In this document: piece after piece, positions 1 to 7,523 of the stretch
How positions within the stretch are numbered: position 1 is the first letter of the stretch
Layout of the letters: each line of letters starts with the position of its first letter
DNA from: a virus
Length of the DNA: 64,000 nucleotides
Reading direction: 5' to 3' (one strand)
Virus record (IMG/VR): IMGVR_UViG_3300042306_000227
Coordinates: 1-64,000 of that record
Position numbers and translations under genes: made by a program
The notes under the pieces: generated by a model
What the model was told of the DNA's origin: nothing
The model's input: the letters and a program-made list of their open reading frames with translations, nothing else
Database searches by the model: none

Positions 1-327
1 TGAATTGGGGTTAGATGCCATGTAACTAATTGATTGACAGCTCACTCCTAAATAGTTAGCCAAATGGGAAACTTTTATGGCGTACCTATTTATAAGTATA
101 AAAACTATCATCTTTTTTGCTTGCTTGGCATCTGATGATTTTCTCCATGAAATGATTTCTTCCACAGAAACATTATAAATTTCAGTAATACGATTGACAA
201 CATATTGAATAATTTTTTGATGAATGTCATCATCCCCAATTTTCTTGAGGATGACAACACATCTTTTATTATCCTTTAGGCATTCTTGCTTTAGCTCATC
301 AATAAGCCTTTGGATTTTGTCTGACAT
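1..327 (-). CDS. DnaA C-terminal (domain IV)-like helix-turn-helix protein, truncated at window edge
   Basis: Not in the ORF track. Read by hand from ATG 327 (MSDKIQ...) and open to base 1. 'IIQYVVNRITEIYNVSVEEIISWRK...AKKMIVFIL...SHLANYLGVSCQSISY' follows the DnaA-CTD/HTH pattern. Confidence 0.6.
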   Translation of the reverse strand, partial: MSDKIQRLIDELKQECLKDNKRCVVILKKIGDDDIHQKIIQYVVNRITEIYNVSVEEIISWRKSSDAKQAKKMIVFILINRYAIKVSHLANYLGVSCQSISYMASNPNS

Positions 328-620
328 TAGATTGTTATTTTGATACATTTAACTACAGACTTGGTTTTCTTTGGCTCTCTTTCTAGGATATTAGCTGATA
401 GCCTGTTACCCCATTTTTTAACCACCACAAACCTTTCATTGCTCACAGGTTCCTCAAACATCAGGTCAAACTTGCTCCTATGCTTGTTGTGGTGCTGTTT
501 GCCATCAGACTTGTTCCATGCTAGGAATGATTTTTGTCCTGCTACTAAACCTAAAATTAGGTCTTTTGTCTCTCCGATTTGGTTAACTTGTAAACCATTT
601 TTTGTTCTTAGATTTTTCAT
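327..620 (-). CDS. hypothetical protein
   Basis: 97 aa, A-rich upstream sequence, stop/start coupled with the next gene. Confidence 0.7.
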   Translation of the reverse strand: MKNLRTKNGLQVNQIGETKDLILGLVAGQKSFLAWNKSDGKQHHNKHRSKFDLMFEEPVSNERFVVVKKWGNRLSANILEREPKKTKSVVKCIKITI

Positions 621-647
621 TTGTTTTTATTTTTTGGTTAATGAAAA

Positions 648-782
648 TTATTGTTTTAAGAAATAGTACATCAATCCGAATATGAAATACATGGGTATCA
701 TCATCCATATATTATCAGATGCGCTTATGTCTTTGTCCCATAGAAACGCACCAATACCCAATGCTATTGCGACCTCAATCAC
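648..782 (-). CDS. small membrane protein (44 aa, GTG start)
   Basis: Read by hand: VIEVAIALGIGAFLWDKDISASDNIWMMIPMYFIFGLMYYFLKQ; fills the gap in the operon. Confidence 0.5.
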   Translation of the reverse strand: MIEVAIALGIGAFLWDKDISASDNIWMMIPMYFIFGLMYYFLKQ

Positions 783-1065
783 CTTTTTTATTTTCTTCAT
801 CCTTGAATATGTTTTTTAAAATTTCCTCACCTTCCATCTCTCGTTCAAATTGCCTGTAGCCATCGTTCATAGATAGTGTCATTGCTTTGCTTAATACTAG
901 CAAATCAATTACGCTCTTACCTGATAAATCGCTACATGCTTTGATTAGATGCGATGCTTGTAAACATCTTACCTTTTTAAACTGCTCGTCTTTTGACATA
1001 ACTGCTTCTAGTGTTAGCTGTGATGCTATGCTGACAATTAGTTCAACGCCTTTCAAATTCTCCAT
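775..1065 (-). CDS. hypothetical protein
   Basis: 96 aa in a tightly packed minus-strand operon. Confidence 0.7.
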   Translation of the reverse strand: MENLKGVELIVSIASQLTLEAVMSKDEQFKKVRCLQASHLIKACSDLSGKSVIDLLVLSKAMTLSMNDGYRQFEREMEGEEILKNIFKDEENKKGD

Positions 1066-1231
1066 TGTTGTATGTTGTGTTATTAATTAATCCTGTTCCT
1101 TTGCAATCTTTACATTCGTATGCTTTTTCATAATCTAAACCTTGCTCCTCACTTCCTGCATAGTCTAAATAGAATCCATCACCCTTGCATGTGGGACATG
1201 TGATTGTGATTTGTACATGCGCTTGTTTCAT
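1043..1231 (-). CDS. DnaJ-type zinc-finger protein
   Basis: Two CxxCxGxG motifs (CPTCKGDG, CKDCKGTG). Confidence 0.75.
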   Translation of the reverse strand: MKQAHVQITITCPTCKGDGFYLDYAGSEEQGLDYEKAYECKDCKGTGLINNTTYNNGEFERR

Positions 1232-1425
1232 GATGTTTCGTTTATTTCGTTTAAGAATGCTTTTTCTTTGATAGGGTCACTCACCCATAGGTTATATAAC
1301 TCCTCTAGTTGTTTATATCTATCTTCTGAATACCACGCATTGTGATACAATTCTGCGATAAATATTTGTCTTTCTCTAGGTGTCAAATCTGTGAATGTTG
1401 ATACCTGTTGTTTTAATATGCTCAT
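1228..1425 (-). CDS. hypothetical protein
   Basis: 65 aa, ATGA overlap with the next gene. Confidence 0.7.
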   Translation of the reverse strand: MSILKQQVSTFTDLTPRERQIFIAELYHNAWYSEDRYKQLEELYNLWVSDPIKEKAFLNEINETS

Positions 1426-1432
1426 TGTTTTT

Positions 1433-1735
1433 TTAATTTAAATTGTCAAATGCCCTGTTAATTATATCGTTTATTGCTTGGATGTTAGGCTTATGTTCAT
1501 CCTCATCAAAATCAATTGTATTGATTAACTCTTTAGCACGATGATTGATGATAGTTATGGCTGTCTGTATCTCTGCATCATCCCATAGTTGTTCTATCTT
1601 AGTGACATACAGGATGGATGTTATTACAGCATCCATGAAATCATTGTAGTCATCATCGTTCTGAATAGCTACATCTACTACTATCTTAGTTAATATATTT
1701 ATCAGGACTTCCTGACCTGTCATGCTCATGCTCAT
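1433..1735 (-). CDS. hypothetical acidic protein
   Basis: 100 aa, ATGA overlap with the upstream gene. Confidence 0.7.
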   Translation of the reverse strand: MSMSMTGQEVLINILTKIVVDVAIQNDDDYNDFMDAVITSILYVTKIEQLWDDAEIQTAITIINHRAKELINTIDFDEDEHKPNIQAINDIINRAFDNLN

Positions 1736-1947
1736 ACGATATGATTTATTTTTTTATACTTGTTGTTACATAAATTCACTACAGAAAAATACAATACATC
1801 ATTCTCATGAACTCCCATGTCACTAAACACCCACCACTTGTCATGTCCCTGATTATTGTATTCATGTGTAGCATAATACTTGTTCTCATCCATTGATACT
1901 TCAAAATGTTCTTTGGTATCAATCTTAATTAAATTTACTTTGTCCAT
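1732..1947 (-). CDS. hypothetical protein
   Basis: Start moved to MDKVNL (1947), immediately after the upstream stop at 1949. Confidence 0.65.
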   Translation of the reverse strand: MDKVNLIKIDTKEHFEVSMDENKYYATHEYNNQGHDKWWVFSDMGVHENDVLYFSVVNLCNNKYKKINHIV

Positions 1948-1948
1948 G

Positions 1949-2152
1949 TTAATTGGTTTTTGTTGCGATGAATAAAATATGTACATAAGGTGAATCATAA
2001 GGTACATTCAATTGGTCACATACTTGGTTCCATGACTCAATGTCTTGTACAAAATCTTCAGGATATAGTGTAAGATACTTTGGTGTGGGAGCTATGTCCC
2101 ACTTGCCAATAGTTAATACTTTCTGCTGTTGCTCTGTTAAAAATTTTTCCAT
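1949..2152 (-). CDS. hypothetical protein
   Basis: 67 aa, packed in the operon. Confidence 0.7.
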   Translation of the reverse strand: MEKFLTEQQQKVLTIGKWDIAPTPKYLTLYPEDFVQDIESWNQVCDQLNVPYDSPYVHILFIATKTN

Positions 2153-2154
2153 GT

Positions 2155-3162
2155 TTATATGTTTTCATAGTTATCAAATGAATTGTTATATTCCTCTATC
2201 TCTGAGTAGATAGGCTTAGCACCTATGTACATCTTCTCACATTCACTGCATAGATGGAATCCATCGTATCTGTGTGATGCCACATTTACATTACATTCAT
2301 CGCAATGGTACAATCCTTCAACTTCTTTTTCAAATTGTCCTGTCTCTGTACCCATCAATGTAAGGTATCCGTAATCCTTAGCACATGATGTGCAACAATC
2401 AAACTTCTTCTCGTATGATGTCTTGTATACCCAATCATCACAATCTAGGCAATGGATGTAGTCACCTGCCTGATGTTTAATTTCTGCTGAGTCTCTGTCA
2501 ATATGAAAGTCTAACTTGCTTTGTGTAGCACCTTTGTCCCAATCATAGTTGTACTTGTTAGTCTTCTTGCTGTCATACTTGTGAATCTTAGTGCCACCAT
2601 AATCTAACCATTCGCTAGGCTTGTAGTTGCTGTTGCTGAACAATACACCTGTCTCTGTATCTGTAACGCATGCATGCTCGTTAACGATATATACCTTGTT
2701 GTCAATAGTCAGGAATGCAAACTTGCTACCTACAATGTCTCTGCCTATCAAATCCATGATAGCCTTCTGTTTGTAAAAGTCTCTAGGTAACTTGCGTAAT
2801 ACCTGCTCCATGTATTGGTATGTGTCACTGCGCTTGGCTGTTGATGGGAATTGTCTGATGATACCATTGTGAACGAATACCAAACCTTTGTTGATAAGAA
2901 ATGGATGTGTATTCTCATAGTCTACATTACTGCCTGTGGCAATCCTGCCATGACCTATGAAATGTGATTGAGGATATTTAGCAACAGCATCCTGATACTT
3001 ATTCCATAATTGCTTTGCATCAGGCTTTGCTGACTTAACGATGACTAGCCTGTCACCTGTGGTGTATACGAATCCGAATCCTTGAGGATTGTTTTCTATG
3101 ATGGTGTTGAAATGGTCTTGCTTTAAGACTTGCTTAGGTTTTTTTACAAAGAATGTACACAT
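2155..3162 (-). CDS. class II (Ntn) glutamine amidotransferase with C-terminal Cys/zinc-ribbon region
   Basis: N-terminal M-C nucleophile; NPQGFG, HGRIAT, NTHPF, HNG and SDT motifs; four CxxC pairs near the C-terminus. Confidence 0.9.
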   Translation of the reverse strand: MCTFFVKKPKQVLKQDHFNTIIENNPQGFGFVYTTGDRLVIVKSAKPDAKQLWNKYQDAVAKYPQSHFIGHGRIATGSNVDYENTHPFLINKGLVFVHNGIIRQFPSTAKRSDTYQYMEQVLRKLPRDFYKQKAIMDLIGRDIVGSKFAFLTIDNKVYIVNEHACVTDTETGVLFSNSNYKPSEWLDYGGTKIHKYDSKKTNKYNYDWDKGATQSKLDFHIDRDSAEIKHQAGDYIHCLDCDDWVYKTSYEKKFDCCTSCAKDYGYLTLMGTETGQFEKEVEGLYHCDECNVNVASHRYDGFHLCSECEKMYIGAKPIYSEIEEYNNSFDNYENI

Positions 3163-3185
3163 AGTTTTGATTATTTGATTGTTTA

Positions 3186-3216
3186 CAAAGTTAGTTATAA
3201 TATTTTGTTTGACAAA
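3186..3216 (-). promoter_or_regulatory. Bacteroidota primary-sigma promoter
   Basis: TTTG-N19-TAACTTTG on the minus strand upstream of the amidotransferase. Confidence 0.75.
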
Positions 3217-3219
3217 ATT

Positions 3220-3267
3220 TGTAGGGGATTAAATTAATCTAGGAATAGATATGTCGCTTCCCCTACA
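3220..3267. other. inverted repeat / hairpin between amidoligase and amidotransferase
   Basis: TGTAGGGGA...TCCCCTACA, 9-bp arms with a 30-nt loop. Confidence 0.45.
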
Positions 3268-3278
3268 GCCATGAAAAA

Positions 3279-5432
3279 TTAAAAAGGATTTTGAGATGAA
3301 TCAGTTAATAAGTTTAGACTCAATTCATGTTCATTGAATATATACACGAATCTATTACCATCTAGTCTCTTAGCTAGAGCGCATATATATGTGCCATCCT
3401 CGTGTCTGATAAAGTTCATGTAGTACCTTTCAGATGACAAAGTAGATAGCTTAAATTCAGCCCTGAAACACATGTTTGTTGTATCTGTGAATCTAGATGT
3501 GGTAATTAGCATTGCAAATATTCTGTTGAAAAATGACATCTCGCTCTGAGAATATGTTTGACATACTTGCATATCATTGTCTCTGCATGAATCAAATAAT
3601 CTTTCTGTCTGTGAATTAATAACCGATACAGGCAATGTCTCATAGTTTAATACAGAGCTAATCACACCACCAATAGTATTCAATGCTTTTTTCACCATGA
3701 TACTAAAGTTACTGCTGTATTCACATGGTGTGCCTAATGATACCATGCTGTTTGGCGCAAAGAATTGACATAGCTGTTCATTTGTCGCTCTCAAATTGTT
3801 TACATAAATTTCATCTGAAAGGAATGCTGTATTCAATTCTGTTCTTGACCTTGATGATAGTTCTCTGTATCTTACTACATCCTGAGCGAATGATGGTTCT
3901 TCTGTCACATCTGTAGAACGCTCCTGTCTGTATGAATCATCCACATTATTTGCGCTGTATGTACCTAATGTAGGCAAATCATCTGAGAATCTACTAGCAT
4001 CAAAACTTCCACCTGTCACCTGTGTATCAGGTAAGTCTACATGGAATACTCTTTCTCTAGGTGCTTCTGTAGGTACTTCTGTAGTCTCTGTAGGAGTAAT
4101 GATACTCATGCTCATCATCTGCTCAACTTTCTTAATCGTGTTAATTGTAACGATACCACATTTGTACTTAGCTGATAATGTGATGAATGTCTTGAACTTG
4201 TTCTTGAACTTATCCATGTCACCATTGCACACTACATTAAGCATAAAATTATATAGCTTAGAATTCTTTTTAGCCATCTCAAGGATAACCTTGTTATGTG
4301 TCTTACCATACAGGTCATTTAATACTATGCGCATCAAATCAATTCTGTTCTTAAGGATGGTGTTGCTCTTAATTGCAGGGAATATTCTGAATTCAAGAAT
4401 CTCATTGTTCTTCACATAGAATGATTGGTATTTTCTAGGTGAGCGAAGGTATGTACCAAACTGCTGTGCTTGGCAATAGCTGTTGTTTAAACGCTTCTCA
4501 TAGATTGAATAGAATATTGGTAAACTTCCTTTCACTTTCTTAAGGATGTCCTTAGATTGTACACCATTGATTGATACATTGATGTGACCGCCACATCTGT
4601 CGCTAGTTTCCGCATCCAATATGTCTCTAACAGGTGCAAGTACTTCATTGATGACTGCATCATTGTTCAATGGCAATACAGGAGAAATCAATTCAAATCC
4701 ACCATCACCTAAACTTCCATCTCTCTCTTTCTTAAATCCTGTCTCAAACGCTAGTTTAATAGCATTCTCTCTGTCCCTGAATGTATAGTCTTGCTTCTCT
4801 GCTTCAAAACCAAAGTTAACTGCACCTAGAGTCTTGTCCATGTACTTTGTGAAATTAGATGCAATCTTTGGATGCCATGCTGAATAATGATAACCTAGCA
4901 ATGTATCTGTTCCCCAAATTTGGCTGTCATCTGTAACCTTTACAAGTCTTCCAACTTCCACCAATGACTCTGTTAAATCAGGTGCAATCATATCATCACT
5001 GATAACAATAACTTTAATCTTGTATCCGTTATGCTCTCTGTTTTCATCAATGTAATACTTCATACCGAATTCATTTACTAGCAAATCAAATAGTGAACTG
5101 CTGATATGAATTTCTGTATCATTTAGCTTTAATCTTATTCTGCTTCCACCTGAATGTGTTGAATACAATTGTGGTACGATTATTCTTCCGCTGTTCATTT
5201 TAGCTAGTCTGAACATGTTAGCATATCTGCTTTCACTATTCGTTCCTGATGAGTAAACGCTCTCGTAATCATAGACTGCATCACTTGTCATTGAACTTGA
5301 TGTCATGACTACAAACTTTTGGATGTACTTGTTAGAGAATGCATCCAATGGTAATAAAAATTTGTTTCTGCTTCTCTCATTTACAGGTGTCAATACAGAG
5401 AATTTTCTAGGTTGTTTTTTAACTTGATTCAT
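3279..5432 (-). CDS. putative amidoligase (COOH-NH2 ligase, Amidoligase_2-like) with long N- and C-terminal extensions
   Basis: FGFEAE, ERDGSL..GFELISP, CGGHINVS and LEFRIF motifs. Start at MNQVKK (5432) is preferred over 5489, which overlaps the upstream gene. Confidence 0.85.
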   Translation of the reverse strand: MNQVKKQPRKFSVLTPVNERSRNKFLLPLDAFSNKYIQKFVVMTSSSMTSDAVYDYESVYSSGTNSESRYANMFRLAKMNSGRIIVPQLYSTHSGGSRIRLKLNDTEIHISSSLFDLLVNEFGMKYYIDENREHNGYKIKVIVISDDMIAPDLTESLVEVGRLVKVTDDSQIWGTDTLLGYHYSAWHPKIASNFTKYMDKTLGAVNFGFEAEKQDYTFRDRENAIKLAFETGFKKERDGSLGDGGFELISPVLPLNNDAVINEVLAPVRDILDAETSDRCGGHINVSINGVQSKDILKKVKGSLPIFYSIYEKRLNNSYCQAQQFGTYLRSPRKYQSFYVKNNEILEFRIFPAIKSNTILKNRIDLMRIVLNDLYGKTHNKVILEMAKKNSKLYNFMLNVVCNGDMDKFKNKFKTFITLSAKYKCGIVTINTIKKVEQMMSMSIITPTETTEVPTEAPRERVFHVDLPDTQVTGGSFDASRFSDDLPTLGTYSANNVDDSYRQERSTDVTEEPSFAQDVVRYRELSSRSRTELNTAFLSDEIYVNNLRATNEQLCQFFAPNSMVSLGTPCEYSSNFSIMVKKALNTIGGVISSVLNYETLPVSVINSQTERLFDSCRDNDMQVCQTYSQSEMSFFNRIFAMLITTSRFTDTTNMCFRAEFKLSTLSSERYYMNFIRHEDGTYICALAKRLDGNRFVYIFNEHELSLNLLTDSSQNPF

Positions 5433-5460
5433 GGCTGTGAATTTTTGGTTATTGGTTAAA

Positions 5461-5652
5461 TTATTTGATTGATTTTTGAGCATTGTCATAGTACATGTAA
5501 CTTCCTAATGCACCTGTCGTAAACACAAAGCATATGATTGCTAGATTGACAGCTGTTGGTTCCATTGTCATGAAACCTAATACAGGAATGAACATTGTCA
5601 CGATTGACAATAAAACTGCTAATACCATGTTGATTTTGTAATAATTACTCAT
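5461..5652 (-). CDS. two-TM membrane protein
   Basis: 63 aa with two hydrophobic helices. Confidence 0.7.
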   Translation of the reverse strand: MSNYYKINMVLAVLLSIVTMFIPVLGFMTMEPTAVNLAIICFVFTTGALGSYMYYDNAQKSIK

Positions 5653-5674
5653 TTGATTAAGATTTACTGATTGA

Positions 5675-5857
5675 TTAAATTGTTATAAATACAGGTTCTT
5701 TTTTGCTGTCACTTTCGTATACATAAAAAAAGTAATTAGGGAAATAGCTTTGCAACCTTTCTACTTCTTTCTCTGCCTCATGTTTAGTTTTATAATAGCC
5801 ATGTGAACCAATGTTTCCATAGCCTGAATCCTCAATGACATGATAATACTTCCTCAT
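5675..5857 (-). CDS. hypothetical protein (60 aa)
   Basis: Start at MRKYYH (5857). Its upstream sequence duplicates that of the 5652 start. Confidence 0.7.
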   Translation of the reverse strand: MRKYYHVIEDSGYGNIGSHGYYKTKHEAEKEVERLQSYFPNYFFYVYESDSKKEPVFITI

Positions 5858-5861
5858 TTGA

Positions 5862-6041
5862 TTAAGATTTATGATTGATAAAATTGTGAACGATGGTGAA
5901 TAAAGATGGCGCAAAGTTTCCCTGTAATTCATGCAGTACAATTGTTCCATCTGTGTTGATAGCTTCTACCTGATACACATCAAATTCATGTGTGTAATCA
6001 TCTGTGAACGATACATAATCGTATACTTTAAATTGTCCCAT
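5862..6041 (-). CDS. hypothetical protein (59 aa), first gene of the early operon
   Basis: Not in the track. Read by hand: MGQFKVYDYVSFTDDYTHEFDVYQVEAINTDGTIVLHELQGNFAPSLFTIVHNFINHKS; A-rich initiation region. Confidence 0.7.
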   Translation of the reverse strand: MGQFKVYDYVSFTDDYTHEFDVYQVEAINTDGTIVLHELQGNFAPSLFTIVHNFINHKS

Positions 6042-6059
6042 GTTAAATGGTTTTTTAAT

Positions 6060-6113
6060 TACTATTTCATCCTTTCGGAATCATCAGCACACATAACACA
6101 TGTGTGTATAGCA
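6060..6113 (-). ncRNA. type III hammerhead ribozyme
   Basis: Minus strand: UGCUAUA^CACACAU-GUGUU-AUGUGUG-CUGAUGA-UUCC-GAAA-GGAU-GAAA-UAGUA. Complete core, 7-bp stem I, GAAA-capped stem II, 6-bp stem III, AUA cleavage triplet. Confidence 0.9.
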
Positions 6114-6144
6114 TCGCAATCCCTAGTATGCTCATCTGTATGCT

Positions 6145-6371
6145 CTATGTCTGTTCCTGTACTTAGATAACGATTTACATCGTGATGGGTACATTATCTG
6201 TAGCTACATGCAGTCTATTGTATAAAAGTTCATGCTTTCAAGCTAACTACTAGCATGATGTGTATGCATTCAATCATGGCGTAGTGTACTTGGTGTGTCT
6301 CTGTAGCCTGTCTACTTTTGTTCCTGTACTTATAGTGTGCTTGTCAGCAGTTTTGGGTACATTGTCCGTAG
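6145..6371 (-). ncRNA. two copies of an unidentified ~60-nt structured leader motif (6145-6203, 6312-6371)
   Basis: CUACRGAYAAUGUACCCA-[variable hairpin]-UAAGUACAGGAACA-N4-UAG in both copies. Confidence 0.55.
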
Positions 6372-6446
6372 ATGTCGTTGATTGTCAATCAGTTATGTAT
6401 TGGATATACATGTAACGCATTGATTATCAATAACTTAGGCGTAAAC

Positions 6447-6483
6447 TTCAAAGAACTTGTCGTGCATTGACATCACAATACTA
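6447..6483 (-). promoter_or_regulatory. possible early promoter (-7-like TAGTATTG) followed by boxA-like GTTCTTTGAA
   Basis: Minus strand TAGTATTG at 6476-6483 (one mismatch to TAnnTTTG) and GTTCTTTGAA at 6447-6456. Confidence 0.4.
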
Positions 6484-6615
6484 CATCATGTATGTATACA
6501 AACATCAATTGCACCCAAATATTTTTCAAGATATTTTTTTAGACACAGATAACACAATGTGAATCAATCAGATGCAACAGAAAAAAAATTTTAAAAAAAG
6601 TTATCAGGACAGCAA

Positions 6616-7040
6616 ACAGGGATAATTGCAAACGTTTGCGGTAATTTTTGCATAGTTTTCTGGAAAACATTGAAGGTGCATAAAAGGACACAGATACAGG
6701 ATGTGATTGTTAACAGACAACAGAAGGAAACAGGACACAATGTATACAGGAGAAAACACAGGAGAGAATAGTTATAACTAAGAACTTAGTCACATACAGG
6801 TGTGACACAGGAAGACAGGCAAAGGTTATTTCGGATTATTACACAGGGACAAAATACACAGGAGATAGGTAAGCATGACAGATACACAGGAGACAAAGCA
6901 TATAGGTGTATGGGCAATGTTACGCATACAGGCTTACATAGGCATCTGATAACACTATAACACATTGATTGATAATGAATTAGGTTACTAACCTACATTA
7001 GGATTGACCTACCCACTCAGGCAAAGCAGTTTCCCACAGG
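6616..7040 (+). repeat. strand-biased ACAGG repeat region (origin or terminus candidate)
   Basis: 13 ACAGG counted on the + strand; ACACAGGAGA at 6756, 6856 and 6884. Confidence 0.7.
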
Positions 7041-7210
7041 TTAGGCATGGCCTGTCATTAATACTGGAACCCTACGCTATCAGATTGATGCCCTTATTCT
7101 TAATAGGCTGGAATGGGCAAATGTGTGTGCAGATTGCAAGGTGCAGAAAGACCTACCCATGTGCTGAAAGCATATGTACCCAGTCTGCAGAACGTTAAGT
7201 TGCTGGGCCA

Positions 7211-7243
7211 GGGTCGGCCGCCCCCTATTAGGGCGGGCCGCCC
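7211..7243. other. GC-rich hairpin
   Basis: GGGTCGGCCGCCC-CCTATTA-GGGCGGGCCGCCC in an otherwise AT-rich genome; no U-tract. Confidence 0.7.
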
Positions 7244-7244
7244 A

Positions 7245-7372
7245 ACACTGCACTTTTGCACGTGTAAATCGTAATACTACGATACGTATATATTCGTAAT
7301 TATACGAATTGATATACGAATGTCCAGTTATTGCTTTACTAAACTGGACTTAAGTAAAGCTATTGCTATACT
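7245..7372. repeat. array of five different short palindromes
   Basis: Includes ATCGTA-N4-TACGAT, ATTCGTA-N4-TACGAAT and GTCCAGTT-N12-AACTGGAC. Confidence 0.7.
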
Positions 7373-7468
7373 ATGAGAAATACTATGTAATATATATAAG
7401 AAGGAAACCTCATAACTCTCTGACAATCAATACCTGTTTCTCAATTTTTTTAAAAATAAAAAGGAAAA

Positions 7469-7500
7469 TTTGGTTTATGAGGGTATAATAACTAGATTTG
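7469..7500 (+). promoter_or_regulatory. Bacteroidota primary-sigma promoter
   Basis: TTTG-N20-TAGATTTG. Confidence 0.75.
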
Positions 7501-7523
7501 TTACTCAATCTAAGCACAAATAT

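Noticed and set aside
23-43. Additional TAAC-N4-TGA dyad copy
   Set aside because: Degenerate and inside the coding sequence 1-327.
5931-6170. Plus-strand 79-aa ORF
   Set aside because: Antisense to a real gene and to the ribozyme; composition is not protein-like.
6145-6371. Twister or hairpin ribozyme assignment for the duplicated motif
   Set aside because: The twister loop and pseudoknot residues are missing. The plus-strand GGUACAUUAUCUG resembles hairpin-ribozyme loop B, but its AGAAACA partner and loop A are absent.
6616-7040. CsrB/RsmY-type sRNA as a firm call
   Set aside because: Only some repeats contain GGA, few sit in hairpin loops, no flanking promoter/terminator pair was found, and CsrA is not typical of Bacteroidota. 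Kept only as a minor alternative.
7004-7198. 64-aa ORF in the control region
   Set aside because: TTG start, no A-rich initiation region or promoter, atypical composition.
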